Shown here: one piece after another, positions 1 through 8,766 of the stretch
How the letters are laid out: the number at the start of each line of letters is the position of its first letter
Position numbering within the stretch: the stretch's first letter is position 1
Virus record (IMG/VR): IMGVR_UViG_2887863138_000003
Span: 9,185 to 73,184 of that record
Source: a virus
Lineage: Duplodnaviria; Caudoviricetes
Reading direction: 5' to 3' (one strand)
DNA: 64,000 nucleotides
Position numbers and translations under genes: made by a program
Notes under the pieces: model-generated
Seen by the model: only the letters and a program-made list of their open reading frames with translations
What the model was told of the DNA's origin: nothing
Database searches by the model: none

Positions 1-7
1 AGTATTA

Positions 8-697
8 TTATAGCGGTTCAACTACAAAACCAAAAGTGAGATTTGTAGTAGTAATCAAAACCCCATTACCTTCATTTGCTTCTTCTATTTTATTAACAGT
101 AGTTTGGAGAAACCAGGCTATTAAAGATGAAACAAAAGTAACTGATTTTGAATCAGGATAGTCCAAATTGACATTTATCATGGCTAATAACGTAGCAAAT
201 GCGACTCCTGCTTTATGTTGGCGTATCATATCTCTAGTAGCCCTATCATCTAGCCACATTCCATAACCCCACCAATATACTTTAATGTCTACGTTGCCTT
301 TTAGAGAACGTTCTTTTGCCATTGCCATTACTTTATTACTTCTTTTTTTGTTCTCTTTTATGGTCGTGATACTTAGGTCTTTATTTACTACAATATTACC
401 CTCTTTTACTTGTATGTTCAAATCATTCATATGATTCTGAATATCATCAACAAATTCTTCAGGGATTGATAATTCAGAATGGTACGATTGATCTAAAGAG
501 ATTGTTCCATCCTCTTTTCTAATAACATATTCTGCTAACATTTCGACATATTTATTTTGATTCTCTTCAATACTTTTTTTAGCGGTAGATGATTCAGCGG
601 CAGTATTAGTTTTATCATAAGCTTCTGCTGGTACTGCTATAGATGTTAAAAGAGCTAACATCGAAAGTGAAAGTAAGACTTTTTTCATGGTTTTCAT
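8..697 (-). CDS. Secreted protein of unknown function (cargo of older remnant element)
   Basis: 229-aa ORF; Sec-type signal MKTMKKVLLSLSMLALLTSIAVPAEA; C-terminal YWWGYGMWL motif and hydrophobic helices; AT-rich. Confidence 0.75.
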   Translation of the reverse strand: MKTMKKVLLSLSMLALLTSIAVPAEAYDKTNTAAESSTAKKSIEENQNKYVEMLAEYVIRKEDGTISLDQSYHSELSIPEEFVDDIQNHMNDLNIQVKEGNIVVNKDLSITTIKENKKRSNKVMAMAKERSLKGNVDIKVYWWGYGMWLDDRATRDMIRQHKAGVAFATLLAMINVNLDYPDSKSVTFVSSLIAWFLQTTVNKIEEANEGNGVLITTTNLTFGFVVEPL

Positions 698-864
698 ATC
701 CTTTCAGACTATTTTTTACAATATAAGCATAACATTTAAAAAAAGGTAAATATATGTAAAAAATTCGACACCTTTTTCAATCAAACCAATATATTGTCGA
801 ATATTAATTTGAAAGCAATATAAAAAATAGCCACCCGCAGGTGACTAATGCACTTATTTCCCTA

Positions 865-1120
865 TTACTCAGTCTTTTCTTCTATTGATTGCTCAATAAC
901 ATAGTTAATTTTTAGCAATATACCAAGGCGCCAATAATACCAGATTAAGATTGCTAAAGCTAGTAACAAAGCAGAACCAAACATTTTAAAATAAGATAAC
1001 ATATTGTTTTCGAGAGCTTTTAATAAAACTTTGCCTACTTCGTTATTAATAAATTCATTAAATTCTTCTTTGGATTGTAGAGTTTTAGAAGCTATCAGGG
1101 AAATGATCCCTAAGAATGTA
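865..1120 (-). pseudogene. 3' fragment of a membrane-protein gene truncated at a deletion junction
   Basis: Only the C-terminal part of ORF 865..1296 looks coding (hydrophobic MFGSALLLALAILIWYYW); its 5' part is the antisense of the integrase remnant. Confidence 0.4.
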
Positions 1121-1784
1121 GCTTCCGTTGTGGACAGGCCCAAGGCAAGGAAAAAGGAAATGGAAGTCTGGGAAGTGGAAGAAGCCCACCTTTTTCTAAA
1201 ATCATCTGAAAAGGATTCGTTATTACATCGCTTTTCTTTTAGCCCTAGCTTAGGTATGCGCCAAGGTGAAATTATTGGTTTGCGATGGAAGGACATAAAT
1301 TTGGAGAATGGGGTTATATCAATAACCCAAACCTTAAGTCATGACGGAAAAGAGTTACAGATTGGAGCTAAAACTAATTCTGGAAATAGAACTATAGCTA
1401 TTGATGCAGAAACAGTAAAAGAGATGAGGAAAGTTGAAAAAAGATACAAAGCTGAAAAATTAAAAGCTGATCCAGGTATGTATGAAGATAACGGGCTAGT
1501 TATTTGCACTATTGTAAAAAATCCGGTAACACCAAGAAATTTAATGAGGTCATTTTACCGCTTGATTGAACAAGCGCAGGTAAAAAATAAGATTTCATGA
1601 TCTTCGACATTCACATGCCACCATGCTATTAAAAGCAAACGTTAATCCAAAGGCTGTTGTTGAACGTATGGGGTGGTCTGATATGAAGATGATAGACCGC
1701 TATGCTCACGTTTTGCCTAACATTCAAAAAGAGACTGCTGAAACTTTTGGTAAAGTATTCTTTGAAAATAAAGAAGCTAAATAG
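1100..1784 (+). pseudogene. Truncated, frameshifted tyrosine integrase (remnant of older element)
   Basis: LGMRQGEIIGLRW (catalytic R box); after a frameshift at about 1585-1595 the next frame reads RFHDLRHSHATMLL...MGW...IDRYAH, stop at 1782-1784; N-terminal domains missing. Confidence 0.9.
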
Positions 1785-1792
1785 AAATTTCA

Positions 1793-1832
1793 TTCGCGCC
1801 AAATTCGCACCAAAATTTCTTTTCGCACCAAA
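1793..1832 (+). repeat. Three TTCGC(G/A)CCAAA direct repeats, probable integrase arm-type sites of the older element
   Basis: TTCGCGCCAAA, TTCGCACCAAA, TTCGCACCAAA between the integrase remnant stop and the tRNA 3' end. Confidence 0.55.
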
Positions 1833-1865
1833 AAACATATGGACAATTCTATCTGTTAATAACAA

Positions 1866-1891
1866 AAACCCCTTGATTAACCAAGGGGTTT
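1866..1891. terminator. Inverted repeat just downstream of the tRNA 3' end
   Basis: AAACCCCTTG-ATTAAC-CAAGGGGTTT perfect 10-bp stem. Confidence 0.6.
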
Positions 1892-1905
1892 AACAATCTT
1901 ATGTA

Positions 1906-1950
1906 TGGTGATCCGGACTGGGTTCGAACCAGCGACCCCCACCCTGTCAA
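1906..1950 (-). mobile_element. Prophage att site: 3' half of tRNA-Val(GAC)
   Basis: Reverse complement TTGACAGGGTGGGGGTCGCTGGTTCGAACCCAGTCCGGATCACCA = anticodon loop (GAC), T-arm GGTTCGAACC and acceptor end CCA; 5' half absent, so crossover lies in the anticodon loop. Confidence 0.9.
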
Positions 1951-1982
1951 CTATCCGATTTGGGTTCGGAGCCTTTCCGTTA

Positions 1983-2031
1983 TGTCCTCCCGCCTGTCCA
2001 TCCGCTACATATCAACGTTTGTCCATCCGCT
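1983..2031 (+). repeat. Three TGTCC(A/T)(T/C)CCGC repeats, probable arm-type sites of the resident integrase
   Basis: TGTCCTCCCGCC 1983, TGTCCATCCGCT 1995, TGTCCATCCGCT 2020, on the phage side of the att core. Confidence 0.55.
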
Positions 2032-2131
2032 CTCTTTCCGTTAATGAGTATTATACCGTACAGGAGCAGTAAACAGCAAATTTCTTGACCTACAGACTGG
2101 GTTGCAAATGTGCCCTCGGGTCTCTTCTATT

Positions 2132-2494
2132 TTAATCGGTAACGGACGCAATGTTCCCGAAATCAATCCACGTCCAATCCCCGTTTTCTTCCTCGATTCT
2201 AACTTGCTTCATAATCGTATCAAACGACTTGGCAACGCCCCTCACCGTCAGGAACTCGCCTCCATTCTTGGAGACTTCCCGCCAATACTTAACGGTTATC
2301 TCGAAGTTATAACGTTTACTTTCCGTCAACCTATAGTTAATCGCCATGATTTCGTCGTGATCGAGGTCAGGCTTCGGTAGTAACGATAGCTCTCTTCGAT
2401 GCTTTAGATACCATTCGCGTTGCTCCGGCAATACCATACGCATGGAGCCGAATAGGTCGTTAATCTTTGTTCGCTTTTGCATAGTAAAACTCAT
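2132..2494 (-). CDS. yolD: YolD-like family protein
   Basis: MRMVLPEQRE..L and KP.LD.DE...IN..L motifs; W/IDF.NI C-terminus; usual prophage-end position. Confidence 0.8.
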   Translation of the reverse strand: MSFTMQKRTKINDLFGSMRMVLPEQREWYLKHRRELSLLPKPDLDHDEIMAINYRLTESKRYNFEITVKYWREVSKNGGEFLTVRGVAKSFDTIMKQVRIEEENGDWTWIDFGNIASVTD

Positions 2495-2741
2495 CCTCCG
2501 TCCATAGCCAATCTATCAAGTCTAGGTTAGGTGATACGATGATGTCAACGATTTGATTGACGCGGATCGTATGAGAGTTCCAATCCGTTACTAGCTTGAT
2601 TTGTTCACTATCATTAGCCGCGATCCAGCCCCACGACGTATGGGCTCCCGATTGATCCGACCAGATAGCCAATAGTGGCCTGTTGTTGTTGATGACATTT
2701 TGTACACCCTCTAAAAACAAATCCAGCAAAATGACCGCCAC
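2460..2741 (-). CDS. Small hypothetical protein upstream of yolD (start uncertain)
   Basis: 93-codon ORF, AGAAGGTG RBS-like sequence, directly downstream of an SOS box. Confidence 0.45.
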   Translation of the reverse strand: MAVILLDLFLEGVQNVINNNRPLLAIWSDQSGAHTSWGWIAANDSEQIKLVTDWNSHTIRVNQIVDIIVSPNLDLIDWLWTEDEFYYAKANKD

Positions 2742-2754
2742 CTTCTATTTGAAT

Positions 2755-2768
2755 AGAACATTTGTTCC
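2755..2768. promoter_or_regulatory. LexA/DinR (Cheo) SOS box
   Basis: aGAAC-ATTT-GTTCc matches Firmicute GAAC-N4-GTTC, upstream of the yolD operon. Confidence 0.75.
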
Positions 2769-2800
2769 TATTATATGCGAACAGAACGGGAACATGCAAC

Positions 2801-2845
2801 AAAAAAAGTGCCCACCTACCAGCCGTTAGGCCAATAAGTGGGCTC
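2801..2845 (-). terminator. Terminator after the lysis genes
   Basis: GCCCAC/GTGGGC stem followed by a T-run on the minus strand. Confidence 0.5.
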
Positions 2846-2851
2846 GTTTCC

Positions 2852-3106
2852 CTATTTAAGTTTTCCTTCGCTATTGTCCGGTTTAACGTAACTATACGCA
2901 CCTGCCGCAGTCAATCCGACCACGACCGTAGTCAATAGATTCGCCTTCAATGCGCCGTCCGGCAAGAACACGAACACGCCCGATAGCGCAATCGCTACCA
3001 ACGGAGCAAACTTCGTCGGCACTCCGAATCCTTTCGCGATTCCAGTCAAAGCCGCCACGATTGCGGCCAGCGTCGCGATGTCATACGTAAGTTCCACGTT
3101 ATGCAC
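2852..3106 (-). CDS. Holin
   Basis: 84 aa, three hydrophobic segments, GL.A.GAYS motif, follows the endolysin. Confidence 0.8.
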   Translation of the reverse strand: MHNVELTYDIATLAAIVAALTGIAKGFGVPTKFAPLVAIALSGVFVFLPDGALKANLLTTVVVGLTAAGAYSYVKPDNSEGKLK

Positions 3107-3854
3107 CCGCCTTTCTCGATACCCGATCCGCTAGTACGAAGACCAGCCACGGCATGTCCTCGATTACCTTCTGCGGCTCCTTTCGTAACCGCTCCTTCCA
3201 TTCGGCCGCATCCGACAGTAGTTCCTGTGCCGCGAGATTATCTATCGACTTATCCGCGAGTTCTAGCTGCCATTCTTTTAACGCCAAATCCACCGCCTCC
3301 TCGATTTTCATTATAGGTACCGGGGCCACCGGCTTATCAAAACGGGTTAACTTATTCCCGTTTACAATCGACATAATTAACGTAACGTAATTCGGATCAG
3401 TCGCGTACCCGCCCCGTTTGACCGCCTCCGCAAACTCCCGTGGTGTCTTCGCTTTCCACACGCCCGCATTTACGTAGCGCGGTTTCTTCAGCAGAGCGAA
3501 ATGGTCGTCGATGGCCTCGCCGTAATTGTTGTACGCTCGGAACCGTGCCTTTACTTGTACCTTCGTCTTGTTGCCGGAAGTGCCGAGTATCTTTACGAGG
3601 TCACCGCTGGCCCGCGCCTTCGCTACGTCCGCCGCCGAATAATACTCCGTGGTCAAGATCGTAACGCTACCGGCCGACCCCGTTCCTTTGATATTGCCGA
3701 GATTATACGACTCGCGCCCCGTCACCATATCGCGCGGTGTCCGCAAGTCCCATCCGACCTCTAGTATGAGTTGCGCGATAACACCGGACGGGCACGGGTA
3801 GCGCCCGACTACGTGCGGTGCTATCAACAAGATTAGCCGTTCTTGCTTCGTCAT
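3099..3854 (-). CDS. Endolysin, GH73 glucosaminidase/FlgJ-like
   Basis: AQLILEVGW, YNLGNIKG, FRAYNNY, GYATDPNY motifs. Confidence 0.9.
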   Translation of the reverse strand: MTKQERLILLIAPHVVGRYPCPSGVIAQLILEVGWDLRTPRDMVTGRESYNLGNIKGTGSAGSVTILTTEYYSAADVAKARASGDLVKILGTSGNKTKVQVKARFRAYNNYGEAIDDHFALLKKPRYVNAGVWKAKTPREFAEAVKRGGYATDPNYVTLIMSIVNGNKLTRFDKPVAPVPIMKIEEAVDLALKEWQLELADKSIDNLAAQELLSDAAEWKERLRKEPQKVIEDMPWLVFVLADRVSRKAGA

Positions 3855-3864
3855 TTGTTCGACC

Positions 3865-4128
3865 TCATTTCGTTAGAAAATAAATAAGGATGGACCCGAT
3901 AAAACTCGTTCCCATCCCGATGATTACGCCCCAGCTTCGGCGCGAATCCGATTTGATTTCTGCAATGTCACGCGCGTTTTCTTGGGCCAACGCTAGTGCT
4001 TCCCGTGCTTTGTCGTGTACTTGTTCGAGCTTTTCACGGTCACGCGATAAGTGGTCGACCTTTTCTTCCACGCGGACCATGCGCTCCCGTACGTCTTGTA
4101 AAATTGATACAGTGTCGTGTTCTCCCAT
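3865..4128 (-). CDS. XhlA-like coiled-coil membrane protein (lysis accessory)
   Basis: AGGAGG RBS then MGEHDTVSIL...; coiled coil plus C-terminal TM helix. Confidence 0.65.
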   Translation of the reverse strand: MGEHDTVSILQDVRERMVRVEEKVDHLSRDREKLEQVHDKAREALALAQENARDIAEIKSDSRRSWGVIIGMGTSFIGSILIYFLTK

Positions 4129-4138
4129 GCGCACCCTC

Positions 4139-4276
4139 CTAGAATTTGATTCCGGTAATTTCTTCGTAATCGGCCGGTGTGATCTCTCCATACGGGTTGG
4201 CATCTGTTTGTACAGCAAGTCGTAGCAACTCGTCCGTAATCCAATTGTATCTATAAGCTAACGACCAGAAGTTCAT
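4139..4276 (-). CDS. xkdX: XkdX-family small protein (not in ORF track)
   Basis: MNFWSLAYRYNWITDELLRLAVQTDANPYGEITPADYEEITGIKF; IT..DY.EITG motif. Confidence 0.8.
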   Translation of the reverse strand: MNFWSLAYRYNWITDELLRLAVQTDANPYGEITPADYEEITGIKF

Positions 4277-4476
4277 TACTTACTCCCCCCTTTTAACTGG
4301 ATGATTTCTAGTCTCAGATTCGCCAACTCTTCTCCCAACGACTTAATTAGTGCATTCTTTTGTGAAAGTTCAATCTTAGTCTTAGCGACTTCTTGGCCTA
4401 GTGTTACAATTGGCATTTTAGCGTTGTCCCGTTCCTGCTCCATTTCGCCCAAATCCATAGGTTTTATTAAAATCAA
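4276..4476 (-). CDS. Small tail-associated coiled-coil protein (XkdW-like position)
   Basis: 66 aa, LGQEVAK.KIE pattern, precedes xkdX. Confidence 0.6.
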   Translation of the reverse strand: MILIKPMDLGEMEQERDNAKMPIVTLGQEVAKTKIELSQKNALIKSLGEELANLRLEIIQLKGGSK

Positions 4477-6149
4477 TCGAATGCACCTCCGAATCCTCTT
4501 ACAATTACAGGCTCAGTTGCAACTCCTTTAACAAAAACAAAGCGTACACTAACGCCCCATTTTTCTGCTGTTTTTTCCTTGTTAGTGAAAATGAAGCCTC
4601 GGTTGAATTTAACGTTATTAGTGGCATCTTCCCATGTCGGCAACTCGTCAAACGCATTGTTACACACCTCTACTTTATAATCTGCACCAGGAGGAACCGT
4701 CGCATCAATCGTTATAAGAATACGTTTAGCAGCAATAGTGGTATCAAAAGGTTTCTTTAGAGAGAACGCTATCTTGTCGGCTGATCGACGGAAAGTAAAC
4801 GTCCTAGTCGATTTCAAGCCTTTACTGTCGGTTGCCTCGATCGTTAATGTGTGGGCTTCTGTTAAAGAGAGCCGTAGCCACATGTCCAGTGGGATAGTCA
4901 AAGTATTTTCCATTTTGTCAGTTCCAGCGAATGTGCGGATTGCCTTACCGTTGATTTTCTCAGTGATGGTAAACGTGTCACCCTCTGGCTCTGTTACCGT
5001 GTATTTCTTCATAGGGACAGAACTGAGTGTGCCAAGGTCTTCATTTTGACCGCTTATAACGGGTGGTCGGTTATGGACGACTCGGAATTTACGCGTAATC
5101 TCAGTTGATTTACCGCCTTGGTCATCTTCCGCCCAAACAGTTAGGGTGTAATCGACGTCTTGGGCTAGGTCAGATCCTGTTATATCGGTTGTACCGTCAT
5201 AGAGACGCTTGGCTCGGAATGTTAAGGTTTTGGCAAATGAAATAGGCGTACTACCGTTGGATACCCCCGATTGCAACGCCCTTGCCGTTCCTTTATTTAC
5301 TTGGTACTTTACTGTAACTACGTTATCCTTGTCGATGTCGGATGCGGTTCCTTGAATGCTTAACGTTGCATTTTCCGTAAGCATTTGGTTGTCGGTTGGT
5401 GATGAAAGGGTAAGTGTCGGATTAGAGTTATCAGAATACTCGATAGTTACCGCATACTGATAGTAATGGGTATAGCTTCGCGTGTCACTTCCTGGTTTTG
5501 TAACGGTACCGCGATAGTTTTGCCTATAACTATAGACCGCAGTTGAGGGTCTTGTAACCGTGCCGGAATACGTTGCTGTTGCTGTCATACTCCAATATTC
5601 GTCTGGATTTCGACCAGATCGTGTGCAAGCCCCAAAAGAAACGGAACCCGTGCGATATAGAGTTCCACTATACCCACCCTCGTTATATGAAATGGAGCTA
5701 GGCAACGATCTTTCCGCGCTTCTCTCCGCTTCTGGACAAGAGTTCATCATGCCACTTGATGCAGTATAGCTTTTCGATACAGATTTACTATCCCCAGTAG
5801 AGCCACTTACAAGTGTTTGTGTGGGGCTACCGTCTTTATTTAATGTCCCACTGAATCCCCCACTATTATAGGAAATACTGCTCGGAAAGGAATTAGATGA
5901 GCTTGTCTGCGAAGTAGTTACCTCTTTACTCTGAGAGGGTGTGTAGGAACCTCCTGTTTGAATCCACCGTGTGTAGGAACCGCCACCGAGTGTAAATGTT
6001 ACAGTGTTACCGTTCACTCTATATGAAACTGTCCCCGTATTAACTACTACAGACTTAACGCTATTCAATCCCGGTATGGTTAAAGTGTGCGTTTGTGAAC
6101 TGTATGGTAGTTCATCAAATTGTTTTTCAAGTTTTTTTATAACGGCCAC
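4473..6149 (-). CDS. Tail fibre/receptor-binding-type protein with nested beta-rich repeats and Ig-like domains
   Basis: 558 aa after the baseplate genes; two PSSISYN.GG.SGTL motifs; Ser/Thr-rich; N.PP.I Ig-like starts. Confidence 0.7.
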   Translation of the reverse strand: MAVIKKLEKQFDELPYSSQTHTLTIPGLNSVKSVVVNTGTVSYRVNGNTVTFTLGGGSYTRWIQTGGSYTPSQSKEVTTSQTSSSNSFPSSISYNSGGFSGTLNKDGSPTQTLVSGSTGDSKSVSKSYTASSGMMNSCPEAERSAERSLPSSISYNEGGYSGTLYRTGSVSFGACTRSGRNPDEYWSMTATATYSGTVTRPSTAVYSYRQNYRGTVTKPGSDTRSYTHYYQYAVTIEYSDNSNPTLTLSSPTDNQMLTENATLSIQGTASDIDKDNVVTVKYQVNKGTARALQSGVSNGSTPISFAKTLTFRAKRLYDGTTDITGSDLAQDVDYTLTVWAEDDQGGKSTEITRKFRVVHNRPPVISGQNEDLGTLSSVPMKKYTVTEPEGDTFTITEKINGKAIRTFAGTDKMENTLTIPLDMWLRLSLTEAHTLTIEATDSKGLKSTRTFTFRRSADKIAFSLKKPFDTTIAAKRILITIDATVPPGADYKVEVCNNAFDELPTWEDATNNVKFNRGFIFTNKEKTAEKWGVSVRFVFVKGVATEPVIVRGFGGAFD

Positions 6150-6424
6150 TATACCACCAGCCTTTTGTTAGTCTCGTCATACCAGCCCTCGGTTAAAATC
6201 ACATCATTTAGAGTTACAAAATTTTCGAAGAACACATTGCCTGTGAAGTTGTTAAACAATGCGTCCTTAACTGTCTGCACCTCGATCTGTAAGGCAGCAA
6301 TCGCTACCGTATGCTGTTCCAGAAGCTTGTGCGCATCAGCTATTCCTTTTTCCCATCTGTTGACGTCATTTTCAGTAATATCATCTTCGAACTTCCAGTC
6401 TAACCGAACGTCATACGACATCAA
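6149..6424 (-). CDS. Baseplate/tail fibre-associated small protein
   Basis: LDWKFED.ITE.D.NRWE.GI.DAH motif; synteny. Confidence 0.6.
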   Translation of the reverse strand: MMSYDVRLDWKFEDDITENDVNRWEKGIADAHKLLEQHTVAIAALQIEVQTVKDALFNNFTGNVFFENFVTLNDVILTEGWYDETNKRLVV

Positions 6425-6702
6425 CGCACCCCCTCTCGAATAACAAAATTGAACCGAAATTCCAAACGCTGTCCTTCGCTAACCGGAACGTCCGCCTGCC
6501 TCTCCGCAATCAGACCGCCCGCTTCATCGTACAGTCTTAATGAAGAAACTCGCGTAATCCCTTTGACTGATTCCGTACGGACGGTCACCGCCGCCCCATT
6601 CCGGCTAATGTTCCGAATAGGTACCGTTTGATTATTAAGAACGATAGATGTCGCGCGTGTAGCGATGTCCTCCGCAATGCGTTCGAGATATCTTACGTCC
6701 AT
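6421..6702 (-). CDS. Baseplate-associated small protein
   Basis: 93 aa, coupled start/stop within the baseplate operon. Confidence 0.6.
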   Translation of the reverse strand: MDVRYLERIAEDIATRATSIVLNNQTVPIRNISRNGAAVTVRTESVKGITRVSSLRLYDEAGGLIAERQADVPVSEGQRLEFRFNFVIREGVR

Positions 6703-7281
6703 CTATAACGTCACCTCCCGCTGCTCCTTACCGATCGTATCCCCGACACGCAGTTCGCCGATCGTCCGATATCGCCGTAGAATTACCGTTACCGTATCGA
6801 CTACTTCGATTACTTCCCGTGGCATGGGCGCTAGTACCACATCGACATGAGCCGGTGCCATTTCACGGAGGGCAACGTAAGCATCGCATAGATTCGGTGG
6901 GATATCGCCGCCAATTACGATAATGACCGTATACTTACGGGGTTCCTCCTCAGCCGTGGCGTCGGGGAAGAACGCATCGGCAATGGATTCGAGTACGGCT
7001 AATGTAACCGTCCCCGTACCGCGTAGCTTAGACTTGATAACGGAGCGTCGCTGCTCGATCGGTTTAGATAGATCGGTGGGCACTCCGACAACGGCTTCCC
7101 ATCGTGCTAGACCCCACGTTGCCGTATCTACGAAGAACTGGTCGGCTAAGTCCCGAATCCCCTCGTGCAATAACGCAAACTCTTCTGATTCTCGGTCAAT
7201 TATGTTCTTTATGTGCCGCGACTCTCCGTAATGGATCGTTGGCAATGAATCGAGCATTCGGCGCTTAATTACGTCATTCAC
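6703..7281 (-). CDS. Baseplate wedge protein (DUF2313/XkdU-like)
   Basis: QFFVDTATWGLARWE...G..T..S..IEQRRS.IKSKLRG.GT.T motif. Confidence 0.85.
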   Translation of the reverse strand: MNDVIKRRMLDSLPTIHYGESRHIKNIIDRESEEFALLHEGIRDLADQFFVDTATWGLARWEAVVGVPTDLSKPIEQRRSVIKSKLRGTGTVTLAVLESIADAFFPDATAEEEPRKYTVIIVIGGDIPPNLCDAYVALREMAPAHVDVVLAPMPREVIEVVDTVTVILRRYRTIGELRVGDTIGKEQREVTL

Positions 7282-8353
7282 TGAGTGTCACCGTCCCTAG
7301 TACCGCGATTGAATCGGTGCCTATCGCTATATTCTCCTCCGCACCATTAACGGTCAGATCGGCATAATCAAGTACCGAAGCCGAGCCTCCGATCACGCCG
7401 GCAACCCGTGTAAAACGTACAACTGAGTCAACTAGCGCGAGCTTACCGAGATAATCCGTCAGTGCTTTCGTCACTTCTTCGCGGGCCTCTTCGATGGTAT
7501 GGCCGTTCACTAACGTTATCTTTGCGGCTACATTGATCGGTATTTCGGCTACACCAACGACCGTCACTTCCGCACATGCAGGTCTCTCCTTTTCGATGTA
7601 AGTCGCTACCTTGTCGATAAGCTCTTGGGAGGGCGCCCGCTTCCGATCATCAAGTAAGACGACTTTTACCGTTCCCGGCCCGTCCCACACCTCGTATACT
7701 CGCGCATCAGAGATACCAACGACATCAAGCGCCCATTTCCGGTAATGATGACGATTGCCTGACGTAATAGGCTTTCGGACGCGATCAAGGTACCGTTCTA
7801 ACAGGGCGTCGTCTGATTCTTCGTCAATACCGCCCTCGAATGGCAGCTCGTTGGTGACGCCGGTTATCCCTGTGATATTACCTTGCGTTAGCTTGATTTC
7901 GCCAGCACCCACGTTGCCCGATTTACCGCCTTCAACGGCTTTCGCTGCTAACGTAATAGTCCCGTTTAAAATGACGCCAGACTCCGTGACTTCAAAGTAA
8001 ATCGGCTCTTCACCATCCGTAGAAACTTCGGTACCTACGGGGATTTCCGTATTCTCATGCCCGTAAATAGTAACGGTACCAATAGCCTTTTCCGAGGGCT
8101 TTCGGTAGACACCTAATTCAGCACATCTACGCGTCAGCCACTCGTTGTAAGACGACATGGTACCGTCAGTATTTATCGCGAATCCTTTATCGAGTACCGC
8201 GTCCAGCTCCAGCCATAACGCCTCTAACTCGGGTGCCACGGGAGCCGTCGCATCATACAAGATCGCACCAGGTCGCTTGTCTACGTCCGGCCGAGACCTT
8301 TCGAGTATCCGTTCAAGGATTTCCTCACGCGTTTGTTGTTCGTACACCGTCAC
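7274..8353 (-). CDS. Baseplate J-like protein (XkdT-like)
   Basis: GG.DEESD..L.ERY, SGN..HY..WAL.V.G...A.V...W.GPGTVKV motifs. Confidence 0.9.
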   Translation of the reverse strand: MTVYEQQTREEILERILERSRPDVDKRPGAILYDATAPVAPELEALWLELDAVLDKGFAINTDGTMSSYNEWLTRRCAELGVYRKPSEKAIGTVTIYGHENTEIPVGTEVSTDGEEPIYFEVTESGVILNGTITLAAKAVEGGKSGNVGAGEIKLTQGNITGITGVTNELPFEGGIDEESDDALLERYLDRVRKPITSGNRHHYRKWALDVVGISDARVYEVWDGPGTVKVVLLDDRKRAPSQELIDKVATYIEKERPACAEVTVVGVAEIPINVAAKITLVNGHTIEEAREEVTKALTDYLGKLALVDSVVRFTRVAGVIGGSASVLDYADLTVNGAEENIAIGTDSIAVLGTVTLSE

Positions 8354-8766
8354 ACCTCCTCTACGACATCTAACGTTAGCCCGTCCGTCGTATCAACGTA
8401 AAAAGAGACGGTCAATTTGTCCGCCTCTCGTTCTATCTCAAAGTCGTATACATCGTCTATTCGATCGTCGTAGATCAATGCCTCAGTTATGACACGGGGT
8501 ATCTCCGACCGCAAAAGCTCTATCGGTAAATCTTCCCCGATTAAGTCTATGAGTTCACAACCGTACTCGCCGTCGTAGTAAATCGGAAACCGAAACCGCG
8601 CAGTCATAATAACCTTGCTGATAAATTGACGGATGGCCGCCTCGCCGTCGATCATGCCGTCAATATCGCCGGTATTGAAGTCCAGCGAATAAGTTAGCGT
8701 TGGCTGGACTTCTGGCTCCGATTGGATCACTCGATCCTCTAGTCGTTGTAACGGACTAAGCGCCAT
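8350..8766 (-). CDS. Baseplate protein (DUF2634/XkdS-like)
   Basis: AIRQFI.K...T.RFR..IY...YG.EL..LIG, I.EAL..DDRI..V. Confidence 0.85.
   Translation of the reverse strand: MALSPLQRLEDRVIQSEPEVQPTLTYSLDFNTGDIDGMIDGEAAIRQFISKVIMTARFRFPIYYDGEYGCELIDLIGEDLPIELLRSEIPRVITEALIYDDRIDDVYDFEIEREADKLTVSFYVDTTDGLTLDVVEEV

Noticed and set aside
865-1296. Intact 143-aa protein
   Set aside because: Its N-terminal part is the reverse complement of the integrase remnant; the ORF is chimeric across a deletion junction.
1906-1950. Functional tRNA-Val
   Set aside because: Only the 3' half is present; upstream sequence cannot form the anticodon stem, D-arm or acceptor.
4473-6149. Diversity-generating retroelement target
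   Set aside because: No reverse transcriptase and no TR/VR pair differing only at adenines in the window; the repeats are diverged at the protein level.
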